A model generated the notes under the pieces. That model did not search any database and was not told the origin of the DNA. It worked only from the letters and a program-made list of their open reading frames with translations. A DNA stretch of 64,000 bases, taken from NCBI GenBank assembly GCA_964401115.1, contig CAYNXD010000052.1, positions 14-64,013 of the forward strand, given 5' to 3'. Every line of letters starts with the position of its first letter. Position 1 is the first letter of the stretch. Positions 38,464-47,755 of the stretch are shown piece after piece. The position numbers and the translations under genes were made by a program. This DNA comes from an uncultured Candidatus Poseidoniales archaeon (GTDB lineage: Archaea; Thermoplasmatota; Poseidoniia; Poseidoniales; Thalassarchaeaceae).

Positions 38464-41022
38464 TTATTCTTTGTTATTGGCTTCCCACCACTGATGTCCG
38501 TAGTATACCCATTGCTCCATAGTCCAACCCATGGGCAACCCCCCTTCTGGTAGTTCAGGTGCCCCAGCTGGTAATTCGGTTGTAGTTGTCGCTGGTGTTG
38601 GTTGTTCCTCTACGGCAATGGGTTCTGGTTCTGGTTCTGGTTCAGGGGCTGTTGGGGATGATCCCTCGGTCAATCTCTGGATTAAGTCTGCCTTCTTACC
38701 AGATACTGGAAGACCTGCAGCCTTCAGTTGCTCTTTGAGTTGGGCCACTGTCATTGATTCGAAATCTGGAGTCCCGGAGTCAGGAACTACCGAACCATCA
38801 TCACTTTCTTCGAAGGAACTAGCATCGGGAACGACGCTAGGTTTGGATGCGGTATCATCATCAATATCCCAAAGTTGGTCTTCAGTAACACCATCACCTA
38901 GTTTTTCACCTTCCCATCCTTTCTCATCAGTAATACCACCTCGTGATTCGAATTCTTCACCCTCTTCCCATGCTTGCAATTCTTTTGTGGCATCCTGATG
39001 AGTATATTGTGCATCTGTGGCTCGCTTCGACACTGAAGTTCTTATCAGTCCAATTAATCCCCACATCGCAAGAATACCTGCAATAAGAGCAATACCAATT
39101 CCTCCACCATAAATTAGAAAATCTTTGATTAATTTATTCCTTTTTTCACTAGAAGATAACTCGCTATTGTCATTGTTGCTATCATCTAGTACATATTCTA
39201 CTTCACAATTATTGATATCATCTGAATATTTGTTACAATATTGATCTAACGTCCATACAGAAGGGTCGAGATCGTCCCAATCAGCATTATCTCCAACTCC
39301 GTCCCTGTCACTATCCACCCATTCAGATTTATTTGATGACCAATCCTGAGGTGGGTTTTCTGTTCTTTCACCACTATCTTCATACCCATCGCCATCTGAA
39401 TCAATACAACCAAATCTCTGAATTGTGACATACTTGTTCTGCTCAAAATCAAAGACAATCCCTCTAGTGCTATTGCCCCATTCATTAGGGCACCAATCTG
39501 GATTATTTCCATTCAGATTGTCACCATAGTTGTCATCATCTGTATCACACCATTGTGTATCATCTTGGGGATATTTGTCTGGGCCATTTGGATTAATTTC
39601 GGTGCATGGTATTTCGCCTTGTCTTGGGTTACTATATCCATCGCTATCTGAATCTGGACAGCCATTCCGGTCCTTGTTCGAATTACCAGGTGAATCTACA
39701 CAATCGTCAGGATTGGTACCATTGGGATTGTCCCCCAATCCATCACCATCACTGTCAGACCATTGTGATGAATCATTCGGGAAAGTATCGCCATCATAGC
39801 CGAGTGTATTATCGCCGTAGCCGTCACCATCACTGTCAATATACTGGTCCGCATTATTAGGGAAGGCATCTCCGTTTGTACCTCCGGGATTATCGCCCTT
39901 GCCATCGCCATCCGAATCTAGCCATTGACTAGGATCTTCGGGGAACCTATCTGGATTATTACCATTGGAATTGTCACCATATCCATCGCCGTCTTGATCT
40001 GTCTGTTGAGTTGAATCATGAGGAAAAGCATCAACTACATCTACTACTCCATCACCATCATTATCTGTATCAAACATCAAAATATCTGATTTGTCTGAGA
40101 ATGATGCTAGAACAAAGAATGAAGACCCTAGCCCTGACTTAATTCCAACTACATCGCCAAGTGAAGAGAACGACTCAATTTCTGACAAACTGCTACCATT
40201 GAGTATTGTCAAGTGGCCGTTGTGTGCTCCAACTAACAAATCACCGTTATCAGATTGTATTACTGTACGAATAATTCCTCCAGTTGAAAGTGTAATATCA
40301 CCAGTTTTTTGCCAATCTGTCGTAGAATATTTCAGTATTTGGCCGTCAACTGATGTTGCCAATAGGCTAGCCCCGTCATCGATAAGATATAGGCCTGAAA
40401 CCTCACCTTGAATATGCATCAAATCAGTATTTTTTGTCCCATTGCTTCCATAAGAGACACGGACAATTGAGTCCCTACCACCAGTAATAACAGAGCCATC
40501 TGAAAGACAAATTATGTTTGTGAGTTTAATTGAATGTTGTTGGGTGGTGACTTGAGATTCTGTTGTATCTTCAAACTTCATTGCAAAACCATATGCTCTA
40601 TCACTAACCCAAAGTTCCCCTTGACTACCCCAACTAACTGCATCAACACCACTTGAAACTGGAATAGTGTATAACATTGAATGGAGTTCAGTAGAAATTA
40701 CTCTTACCCCATTATCAGTACTCAGTGCCAAGCGATGTTGGACATTATCGATAGCCCCACTATTTATTGCAACACCAAGAGAGAGGTTCCATACTTTAGT
40801 TAATGCCCCACTCGCCTCAAAATCATAAGCTGCTATTTCTCCTGTGTTATTTGCAATTATTGTTAGCCCATCGTAGGATTCCCACCACCCCAACGTACTA
40901 TCCTCAAATTCAGTAATTGAGCCAGCGTTACCAAGGCTAGAAGCGGATGCAGGAGTTGATGCCATTAATGGTAATAAAATCGCAAGAATCAAAATTATAG
41001 TCAGTCCAAACTGGCGACGCAT
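38464..41022 (-). CDS. type-I membrane surface protein: signal peptide, beta-propeller-like domain, thrombospondin type-3 calcium-binding repeats, single TM, cytoplasmic acidic tail with SAP/HeH motif
   Basis: N-terminal signal MRRQFGLTIILILAILLPLMASTPASA; >10 DxDxDGxGD repeats (DSDGDGYGDN etc.); TM LIYGGGIGIALIAGILAMWGLIGLI followed by R/K; cytoplasmic MTVAQLKEQLKAAGLPVSGKKADLIQRL matches SAP/Rho-N HeH consensus; PEPEPEPEP linker and Trp-rich C-terminus. Confidence 0.7.
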   Translation of the reverse strand: MRRQFGLTIILILAILLPLMASTPASASSLGNAGSITEFEDSTLGWWESYDGLTIIANNTGEIAAYDFEASGALTKVWNLSLGVAINSGAIDNVQHRLALSTDNGVRVISTELHSMLYTIPVSSGVDAVSWGSQGELWVSDRAYGFAMKFEDTTESQVTTQQHSIKLTNIICLSDGSVITGGRDSIVRVSYGSNGTKNTDLMHIQGEVSGLYLIDDGASLLATSVDGQILKYSTTDWQKTGDITLSTGGIIRTVIQSDNGDLLVGAHNGHLTILNGSSLSEIESFSSLGDVVGIKSGLGSSFFVLASFSDKSDILMFDTDNDGDGVVDVVDAFPHDSTQQTDQDGDGYGDNSNGNNPDRFPEDPSQWLDSDGDGKGDNPGGTNGDAFPNNADQYIDSDGDGYGDNTLGYDGDTFPNDSSQWSDSDGDGLGDNPNGTNPDDCVDSPGNSNKDRNGCPDSDSDGYSNPRQGEIPCTEINPNGPDKYPQDDTQWCDTDDDNYGDNLNGNNPDWCPNEWGNSTRGIVFDFEQNKYVTIQRFGCIDSDGDGYEDSGERTENPPQDWSSNKSEWVDSDRDGVGDNADWDDLDPSVWTLDQYCNKYSDDINNCEVEYVLDDSNNDNSELSSSEKRNKLIKDFLIYGGGIGIALIAGILAMWGLIGLIRTSVSKRATDAQYTHQDATKELQAWEEGEEFESRGGITDEKGWEGEKLGDGVTEDQLWDIDDDTASKPSVVPDASSFEESDDGSVVPDSGTPDFESMTVAQLKEQLKAAGLPVSGKKADLIQRLTEGSSPTAPEPEPEPEPIAVEEQPTPATTTTELPAGAPELPEGGLPMGWTMEQWVYYGHQWWEANNKE

Positions 41023-41104
41023 AGAACCTTGAAACGTGTTTTACCTTTCAATGCGGCGATTACCCGATTATCCAAGAAATTGGCAATCTGATACCATTTT
41101 TGAC

Positions 41105-43657
41105 TCATTCTTCCTCTTGTTCTTCTGACTCAACCGGGGTAAGAGTTGGCGTAACTGGAGTTAATTTTGCAACCTCTGATGGAGTCAGTATCTTACCACT
41201 GGTTTGTACAGGGCGCAAGGTAGCCGCTTCGCCTGTTTTAGGTTGTAATACCGGCCTGCTAACTGGTTTTAGAACATCTACTTTAGGTGATGCAGTGTCT
41301 TGTTTTGGACTTCTATCTAAATCTAGAATTGACGACTCCTCGTCTCTGATTAATCGTCCGCCACCTGGTGGCCCACGCTTTGGTTTATCAAGTGATGGCG
41401 CATCTTCTTGTGGAGGAGTCCTAACTAAGGCACCTCCACCTGGTGGCCCTCTAGATACCTTTTCTAGTATTGATGATGTGTCTTCTTCATCATCCCAATC
41501 ATCCTCTTCGACAATCTCAGGTGTTGTTGAAGGCAACTCCCCTCCAAGAGGTTTATGATCGACTATTTCACCTTGAGACGAAATCTCTTCCTTAGCAATA
41601 TCACTTAGAGACCGCTCGGGTTTATCAGGTGCGGCATCAATCTTGACTGGTGGCCTTACTGGAGATAGTCTGTCTGCTGAGGTAGAACCTATTGTAGGCC
41701 TAGGAATTGATGTTGCTGGCGTCACATCTTGCTTTTGACCGATAGGCGCACGGGCTGGAGCCAAACGCCCACCACCTTCGGGCTTGAGTGGTGTGCGTGT
41801 TTGAGCAGGGGCGCCCGTACCTAAACGAGCGGCGCTGGGTTGCCCCAGACGAGCGCCACCAAGTAAGCCACCGGCATCCCCTCCGGTTGCTGTCTCAGGC
41901 ATCTGTCCTTGAGCACCTTGTAATGCACCAATCCATCGCTCCCTTCGGGCGAGGACACCATCTTGAGACTCAAGATTTTCAACCTCTTCTTCCATCTGCT
42001 TGAGTCGAACTTCTTCTTCCAAATCTTCCTCGGATACTAGATTTCGTTCAAGTTGCCCTCTAATTTTCTCTTCGGCGACTTGCTTAAATTCTTCAGAACG
42101 TTGTTCTAGTGTGGCTAGACGCTCACGAATCTCTGTTCTCTTGACTGAAAGTTGCGCTTCAATTTCTGCCCTAATCTCTGCTTCCCTTCTTCGGACTTCA
42201 ATTAGTGCCTTGTTACGCATGATTTCTTCTCTCTTTGCCAATTGTCTCTCTAATTGATCTGTGACCTCATCTTCCTTACGGCTACGGAATTCCCTCAAAC
42301 GGGCCTCCATTTCAACTTCAAGTTCCATAGAAGTTTCCTGCTTTAACAAATCGAGTGATGTTTCTTGAGAAATTTTCTCATTTCTCACACGAGCATCAAT
42401 CTCAGCCATGATTTGACGTTGGACCGCTGTTTCTTTTGCTCTAAACTCCTGCTCCAATTGATCAATCCACTCTTGTTTTCGAGATTCAAATGAAGATGAC
42501 AGTTGCTCCCGTAATTCAATTTCTCTATCATGTCGGAATCTAGATAATCTGCTAGAAATTTCTGACTCGCGTGTCCTGCGATAAGCCTCAAAATCATTTG
42601 ACATTTGAACATCTAGATTATCTTCAATTTCAAGACTCAAGGCGTGCTCAATTTCATCGATTGACTGGCTGAAAGTCAAATCATACTTCTCACGCAGACG
42701 CTGTTTCCGTTCAGCTATGCGTTCCCCATATTGTTTCTGGAGTTCTGTCAAAATCGATGACCTTACTTCGTCCCTCTTTCTGGCCACAGCTAACTCAAGA
42801 TCCTGTTGCATTCTCTCTTCAAGTTTTTCAGTTTCAGATGTTAGCCTCTGTTCAAGTTCATCCTGGAGATCCTTTGCAATCTCTTCTTCAAGACGATGTG
42901 CCCTGTGTTCATATTCGCTCCTCAAACGAGCTTCACGTGCGCGCAGGCGTCCGCGCAGTTGCTGCTCTAGACGCCGTCGAATTCCATCACGCAACTGTAT
43001 TTCTCTTTCAGCAAGACGTGCTTGTTGTTCAGATTCTATAGTTTCAGATTGAATTTCCTCTTCAGATTTGAGTTGATTTTCCATTTCATCCTTCAATTCT
43101 GATTCAAGATTACTCAATTGTTCTTGAAGGGCTTGATTGGCCTCGATTTCCATCTTCTCTTGAAGGAAGGCGCGCCGACGTTCGAACTCTTGATCCATTT
43201 CATCAGAGAGTTGAGTTTGAATTTGGTCTCTACTTGCTGAAAGACGACGTTCTCTTTCCACTTCCAGTTGTTCTTTGAGGGATATCTCCTCCCTCTCTAA
43301 TCGCATATCTAATTCTTCACGAAGTATCTCTTCTTCTCTGCCGAGAGTTTCTTTCTCAAGTCTGGAAAGTTCTGATTCCATCTCCTCTCTCATTTCCGAT
43401 TCTAGATTTGTGAGAATTGATTCGTGCTCTAATTGCAGAGCCCTACCCATTGCACCTTTTGCAGTGCTGATTCTTTCAGCCTGCTCTTTAATCCTGAGTC
43501 TGCGCTCTCTTGTAAGATTTCTACGAAGTGATTCTTCTTCGTTTAGATTTGCAGAAATCTGACCTGCCCTATCTGCTGACGGAGATCCTGACCCTGTAAT
43601 TTGATGGCGTAATTCTGCGAGTGATTGATTGTCGCCAGCAACTACACTCTTCTTCAA
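41105..43657 (-). CDS. 850-aa Glu/Arg/Leu-rich long coiled-coil protein with Pro/Gly-rich C-terminal tail containing RGPPGGG repeats
   Basis: ~600 residues of uninterrupted E/R/L/Q heptad-like sequence without Walker or catalytic motifs; C-terminal low-complexity tail with two RGPPGGG copies; no TM. Confidence 0.6.
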   Translation of the reverse strand: MKKSVVAGDNQSLAELRHQITGSGSPSADRAGQISANLNEEESLRRNLTRERRLRIKEQAERISTAKGAMGRALQLEHESILTNLESEMREEMESELSRLEKETLGREEEILREELDMRLEREEISLKEQLEVERERRLSASRDQIQTQLSDEMDQEFERRRAFLQEKMEIEANQALQEQLSNLESELKDEMENQLKSEEEIQSETIESEQQARLAEREIQLRDGIRRRLEQQLRGRLRAREARLRSEYEHRAHRLEEEIAKDLQDELEQRLTSETEKLEERMQQDLELAVARKRDEVRSSILTELQKQYGERIAERKQRLREKYDLTFSQSIDEIEHALSLEIEDNLDVQMSNDFEAYRRTRESEISSRLSRFRHDREIELREQLSSSFESRKQEWIDQLEQEFRAKETAVQRQIMAEIDARVRNEKISQETSLDLLKQETSMELEVEMEARLREFRSRKEDEVTDQLERQLAKREEIMRNKALIEVRRREAEIRAEIEAQLSVKRTEIRERLATLEQRSEEFKQVAEEKIRGQLERNLVSEEDLEEEVRLKQMEEEVENLESQDGVLARRERWIGALQGAQGQMPETATGGDAGGLLGGARLGQPSAARLGTGAPAQTRTPLKPEGGGRLAPARAPIGQKQDVTPATSIPRPTIGSTSADRLSPVRPPVKIDAAPDKPERSLSDIAKEEISSQGEIVDHKPLGGELPSTTPEIVEEDDWDDEEDTSSILEKVSRGPPGGGALVRTPPQEDAPSLDKPKRGPPGGGRLIRDEESSILDLDRSPKQDTASPKVDVLKPVSRPVLQPKTGEAATLRPVQTSGKILTPSEVAKLTPVTPTLTPVESEEQEEE

Positions 43658-43835
43658 TTCTGCTAATTTCGATTCTGTCTCAGTCAGGGTCCCATCCCCT
43701 TGGAGCGCATCGCTCCTATTTCGTTACTGCAACTCTCTTCCTATTTGAGTGGGCAGGGTGGCATTATCCGTCAAACGTCCATTATTACACCCCTAGGGTG
43801 ATTCCCCAGAACTCTAGTTTGAAAGATGATATAAA

Positions 43836-44252
43836 TCAAAATGTAACTTTGAATGACTCTTCGCAGGCAGGGCATGAAATTTCTCTTGAACCCGGCCTTG
43901 GCCTTAGTCTAAGCCTACGTTCGCAAGCAGGGCATGATATCTCTACCTTAACCACCTTCGAAATTATTGTAAATTGATTTGCACAGGATGAACAAGCCAC
44001 TTTCGCAGGTCGATCATCAACCCCAGATACCAATACTTTGGAACAAGATGGGCAAGCAACTCTCTCTTCAGCCCATTCTTTTCTAGTTTCTTCATGCTCA
44101 ATGCGTGACACTGCGCCACATAATGTACAGGTCTTTTCGCCGAGACCTAGGGGTAGCAATCCATCGCAATTTGGACAATTAATTAGAGGGGGCGCTATTG
44201 TTGATTCAACTTCCAATGATTCTGGCGCATCGCCTATGCCATCATCACTCAA
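43836..44252 (-). CDS. multi-zinc-ribbon protein (four CxxC...CxxC modules)
   Basis: CPNCDG...CTLCGA; CPSCSK...CSSCAN; ISCPACERRL; ISCPACEESF; the last two modules are a recent tandem duplication visible at nucleotide level (43855-43945). Confidence 0.55.
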   Translation of the reverse strand: MSDDGIGDAPESLEVESTIAPPLINCPNCDGLLPLGLGEKTCTLCGAVSRIEHEETRKEWAEERVACPSCSKVLVSGVDDRPAKVACSSCANQFTIISKVVKVEISCPACERRLRLRPRPGSREISCPACEESFKVTF

Positions 44253-44261
44253 TTTAACACC

Positions 44262-44741
44262 TCATTTCCTTGATTTACCAATTACTAGAATACCACTTGG
44301 AGTGAATGTGAATGGTAAATCTAGTTCTACACCCCACTCATCTGCAGCAGATTCTAACATCTTTTTTGCTGCTATTGCATCCCTAGCTGAACCTGGAATT
44401 TCTATCCAATGAACATTTGCTCCTTTTCTGATAAGTGAAGCAACCTCATCCGGGAAATCACCCAAATCTGGCTGAGATGTACTTTCCTTATCTTCAAGAT
44501 TAATTGGACCCGTAAGTCGCCACCAACGTGCCCTACCCTGATCTCTATGATTCTCAACAATGCCTGCCTTTGTCAATTGTTGTAAATGATGATAAAGATG
44601 ATATCTAGTTACATTCAGTGCCTCTTGAATTTGAACTGTTGATTTTTCTTCCACATCTTGTAATGTTTCAACTATACCCCTTCTCGTCTCGTGAGCCAAG
44701 GCTACTTGACGAGGGTCTCCACGAATCTTTGCCATTGCCAT
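44262..44741 (-). CDS. ArsR-like winged helix-turn-helix transcriptional regulator with C-terminal unknown domain
   Basis: RRGIVETLQDVEEKSTVQIQEALNVTRYHLYHHLQQLTKAGIV is a typical ArsR/SmtB-type wHTH; located directly downstream of a metal ATPase. Confidence 0.65.
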   Translation of the reverse strand: MAMAKIRGDPRQVALAHETRRGIVETLQDVEEKSTVQIQEALNVTRYHLYHHLQQLTKAGIVENHRDQGRARWWRLTGPINLEDKESTSQPDLGDFPDEVASLIRKGANVHWIEIPGSARDAIAAKKMLESAADEWGVELDLPFTFTPSGILVIGKSRK

Positions 44742-44793
44742 TCCTCCGGTTGTTACATTTCAATCTGTACTATGCTATAACAAGTTGCTTCAA

Positions 44794-47502
44794 TTAACTA
44801 CTTCCAATCATTACTGACTTAAGAGTCTTCCAAGAATCGATAAAATCTTCACCAAGTTGTTTGAATAAGGAACTCAACAAACCGAAACGGCTCATTCCTT
44901 GATCAGCTAACCAAATCCCATTTAGGAGAATTATCAAAGCGCTGGCTTCGTGTATAAAGACACCCAATGTTAGACTAGAATGCCATTGATCAACAACTGA
45001 AATAACTAACAAAATAGTAACCAAAAACGAAATTAGAAGATTAATTTGGACTATTTTTTTAGCTCTTCTTGAAAGTCTGATTAGACGTGAAAGGATTTGT
45101 GGGTCTTGGCTAGGTATCAATACATCAGCAGCCTCTAGATTAACGCTTTCACCACTTCCAACTGCTACCCCTACATCCGCAGAAGCCAGTGCCGCAGCAT
45201 CGTTGAAGCCATCTCCAGCCATCATTGTGCAAAGCGCCTGACTACGCCTTTGCACCCATATCGCTTTCCCATCTGGATCTATTTCTCCACGGCAAAACTT
45301 GGATTCAATACCCAACACATCTCCCAAAGACTCTACTGCATTTTGAGAATCTCCTGAAAGTAATTCTACCGATACGCCCATATCTTTCAAATCTGATACT
45401 AGATTTGTCGCACCATTCCGTAAATCGTCATTATTGAATACGAATAAAGCGATTGCTGTTTTGCTTTTTGAAAGTAAGGATATACCAAATCCATTGTTAC
45501 GAGCATCTTCAGCCGCTTTAGCAAGGGGTTTGGGAATTGTTACCCCTTCATCTAGTAACCAATTTTCAGTGCCGAACCTGACTTTTGACCTGCCAACTTT
45601 ACCACTAACTCCAGCAACTTCGTCAGAAATTGAAAGTACCTTAGTAGGTATCGCGCCTTGACTATCAGCAGCCACTAAAATAGTAGCAGCATAGGGGTGA
45701 TTACTACGTTGTTCTAATCCCGATGCTAAAGAAAGTGCATCTTCCATTCCTGTGCCGTCAGACAAAACTACTGAATCTAGGCAAGGTTGGCCACTTGTCA
45801 GAGTCCCAGTCTTATCTAAGAGAGCCAAATCGACTCTCGCAGTTCGTTCAAGCACGTCCCCGCCACGAGCGATGATACCGTAATGTGCAGCATTTGAAAG
45901 CGCAGCAGCGTGAGGGATTGGGGCGGCCAAAAGTAAAGCGCATGGACAAGCAACTACCCATAACAACAACATCATCATGACATCCCCTAACAAAATGCCT
46001 GCTAACCCACCTCCAATTATCACAGTGGGAACCCAAAATTTGGTGAAATTTTCTACAGATGATTGTAAGCGAGGTGGTTGGTCACGATAAGTATGAACTC
46101 TTTCAATTAATCCCGATAACTTGGTATCTTCTCCAACTGCTGAAACTTCTATGATTACTGGACCGCGGATTAAAACGAGGCCCGCTTCAACAAAATTGCC
46201 AATTTCTACTCTTATAGGGGTACTTTCTCCAGTCATTGGGGCTCTATCTATCTGCCCTAATCCTTCAACAATGAACCCATCAACTGGAATTAATTCCCCA
46301 CTCCTAACTTCAACAATATCACCAATTTGAACTATATCAATTGGTACCTTAATAGGCTCAGGATGGGATGGGGAAAGAGATGAAATTGGTGATTGGCTTA
46401 TGCTGAATGTAGTAGATGATACATCGAGTTTATTGGGTTCTTGAGAAGATATTACGCGCGCTTGTTGGGGCAAACGATCGAGCCCCCCTTGCATCGCATC
46501 TCTTGCTCTAAGTAGAGCAGATGATTCAAGATGCCCGCTTATTGATTCAAGTAAAACCACCATTAATGCTTCAGGCCAATGTTGAAGAATAGCTGCACCG
46601 ATTACTGCCATTGTTGTCAAAATTTGGAACCCCAATACTCTATTCCGAATACTTGCAACGGCTTCTCTGAACATCCTAAAGCCACCAACAATAACACCTG
46701 AGAATCCTAATAGAGTAATTAGAGCAAGTGGAGCTGCTGCTGCTTGAAGAATCATAACCACTGGAAGAATAAATAGGGCAAGTGATGCTCCAATCAGGCG
46801 CTGATCAGATATCGATAAACCTGGAGCCACACCCTCAATTAGTTTAAGTTCAGTTCCAGTAATCCTCTCCAATGATAGTTTTAATTCATTACGCGAAAAG
46901 GCATCTAGGGATTCTGGGGTTTGTATAAGTATTTGAGAACCATTAAATTTAACATCAAGAATTCCTATTGTAGATTGGATTAATCTCTTGATGGCTTTTT
47001 TATCACATCTTTGTCTTTCCAATACTGATTCTAGTTTCACACCTTGAATCCTCATCCACGGCAGATCTGGCTCATATCCCAAACTACAGAGAACGTGATT
47101 TACTTTATACAAATCACCTTTACCCAAGTCAACGCTTACCCGTACAACACCTTCGGCATGAGAAATTCGAGAAGAAGTCACGCCCAAATTCTTGTTAATC
47201 GCCGAGGTGGCTTTCATTGCACAATCTGGGCAATCCATACCAGTTATTGGCCAGTCAAAATCATGAATCCCATCCGTGACAATTTCCGCCTCAAAGTACC
47301 CCTCATCAATTATTGGAGATTTGCTTTTTTGAGGTTTTTTTGAAGTAGAGGTATTTGCAATTACTGAGAGGGGGGATGTTTCTTCTTCATCGGCACAACA
47401 ATCAGCAGTTGCGCATGCATCTTCAACTTCTTCTACAACGGATGTGTCCTTTGAATCATCCAGAAAGATGAATTCATTTGATTCATCATCCCTCTTGCGC
47501 AT
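44794..47502 (-). CDS. heavy-metal translocating P1B-type ATPase with N-terminal metal-binding domain
   Basis: HMA motif GMDCPDC, TGES, CPC (VVACPCALLLAAP), DKTGTLT, HP (SNHPYA) motifs. Confidence 0.85.
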   Translation of the reverse strand: MRKRDDESNEFIFLDDSKDTSVVEEVEDACATADCCADEEETSPLSVIANTSTSKKPQKSKSPIIDEGYFEAEIVTDGIHDFDWPITGMDCPDCAMKATSAINKNLGVTSSRISHAEGVVRVSVDLGKGDLYKVNHVLCSLGYEPDLPWMRIQGVKLESVLERQRCDKKAIKRLIQSTIGILDVKFNGSQILIQTPESLDAFSRNELKLSLERITGTELKLIEGVAPGLSISDQRLIGASLALFILPVVMILQAAAAPLALITLLGFSGVIVGGFRMFREAVASIRNRVLGFQILTTMAVIGAAILQHWPEALMVVLLESISGHLESSALLRARDAMQGGLDRLPQQARVISSQEPNKLDVSSTTFSISQSPISSLSPSHPEPIKVPIDIVQIGDIVEVRSGELIPVDGFIVEGLGQIDRAPMTGESTPIRVEIGNFVEAGLVLIRGPVIIEVSAVGEDTKLSGLIERVHTYRDQPPRLQSSVENFTKFWVPTVIIGGGLAGILLGDVMMMLLLWVVACPCALLLAAPIPHAAALSNAAHYGIIARGGDVLERTARVDLALLDKTGTLTSGQPCLDSVVLSDGTGMEDALSLASGLEQRSNHPYAATILVAADSQGAIPTKVLSISDEVAGVSGKVGRSKVRFGTENWLLDEGVTIPKPLAKAAEDARNNGFGISLLSKSKTAIALFVFNNDDLRNGATNLVSDLKDMGVSVELLSGDSQNAVESLGDVLGIESKFCRGEIDPDGKAIWVQRRSQALCTMMAGDGFNDAAALASADVGVAVGSGESVNLEAADVLIPSQDPQILSRLIRLSRRAKKIVQINLLISFLVTILLVISVVDQWHSSLTLGVFIHEASALIILLNGIWLADQGMSRFGLLSSLFKQLGEDFIDSWKTLKSVMIGSS

Positions 47503-47642
47503 AATTTGACCTATTGCATAACCTGTTTGAATGTGACTGTCAAACGTGATTGCAATGAGGTTTTAATTTATCAATTGGAAAAACGATTTTTATATTGGAA
47601 AATTGAAAATATTCATTCATGATTTTACATTGACCGGATTAG

Positions 47643-47727
47643 TGGTGCAGGGGGCAGGATTCGAACCTGCGAAGCGCTAAGCAGTGGATCTTGAGCCCAC
47701 CCCCTTTGACCACTCGGGTACCCCTGC
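47643..47727 (-). tRNA. tRNA-Leu (anticodon CAA) with long variable arm; CCA encoded
   Basis: Reverse complement gives GCAGGGG-TA-CCC-GAGTGGTCAAA-GGG-G-GTGGG-CTCAAGA-TCCAC-(13-nt variable arm)-GCAGG-TTCGAAT-CCTGC-CCCCTGC-A-CCA; perfect 7-bp acceptor stem. Confidence 0.8.
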
Positions 47728-47755
47728 GATACTATTGGCTATACGCTACCCTTTG

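Noticed and set aside
38531-38998. 155-aa Ser/Gly/Pro-rich plus-strand ORF
   Set aside because: It is the reverse-frame shadow of the acidic/Pro-rich cytoplasmic tail of the TSP3/SAP protein.
41100-43562. Several Ser/Arg-rich plus-strand ORFs (41100-41558, 42000-42257, 42717-43052, 43275-43562)
   Set aside because: Antisense translations of the Glu/Arg/Leu coiled-coil gene (GAA/CTC codon runs read backwards give Ser/Phe/Leu).
43621-43977. 118-aa plus-strand ORF with an internal SQAGHEISL / SQAGHDIST repeat
   Set aside because: The repeat is the antisense image of the duplicated zinc-ribbon module on the minus strand; the region also spans an intergenic gap.
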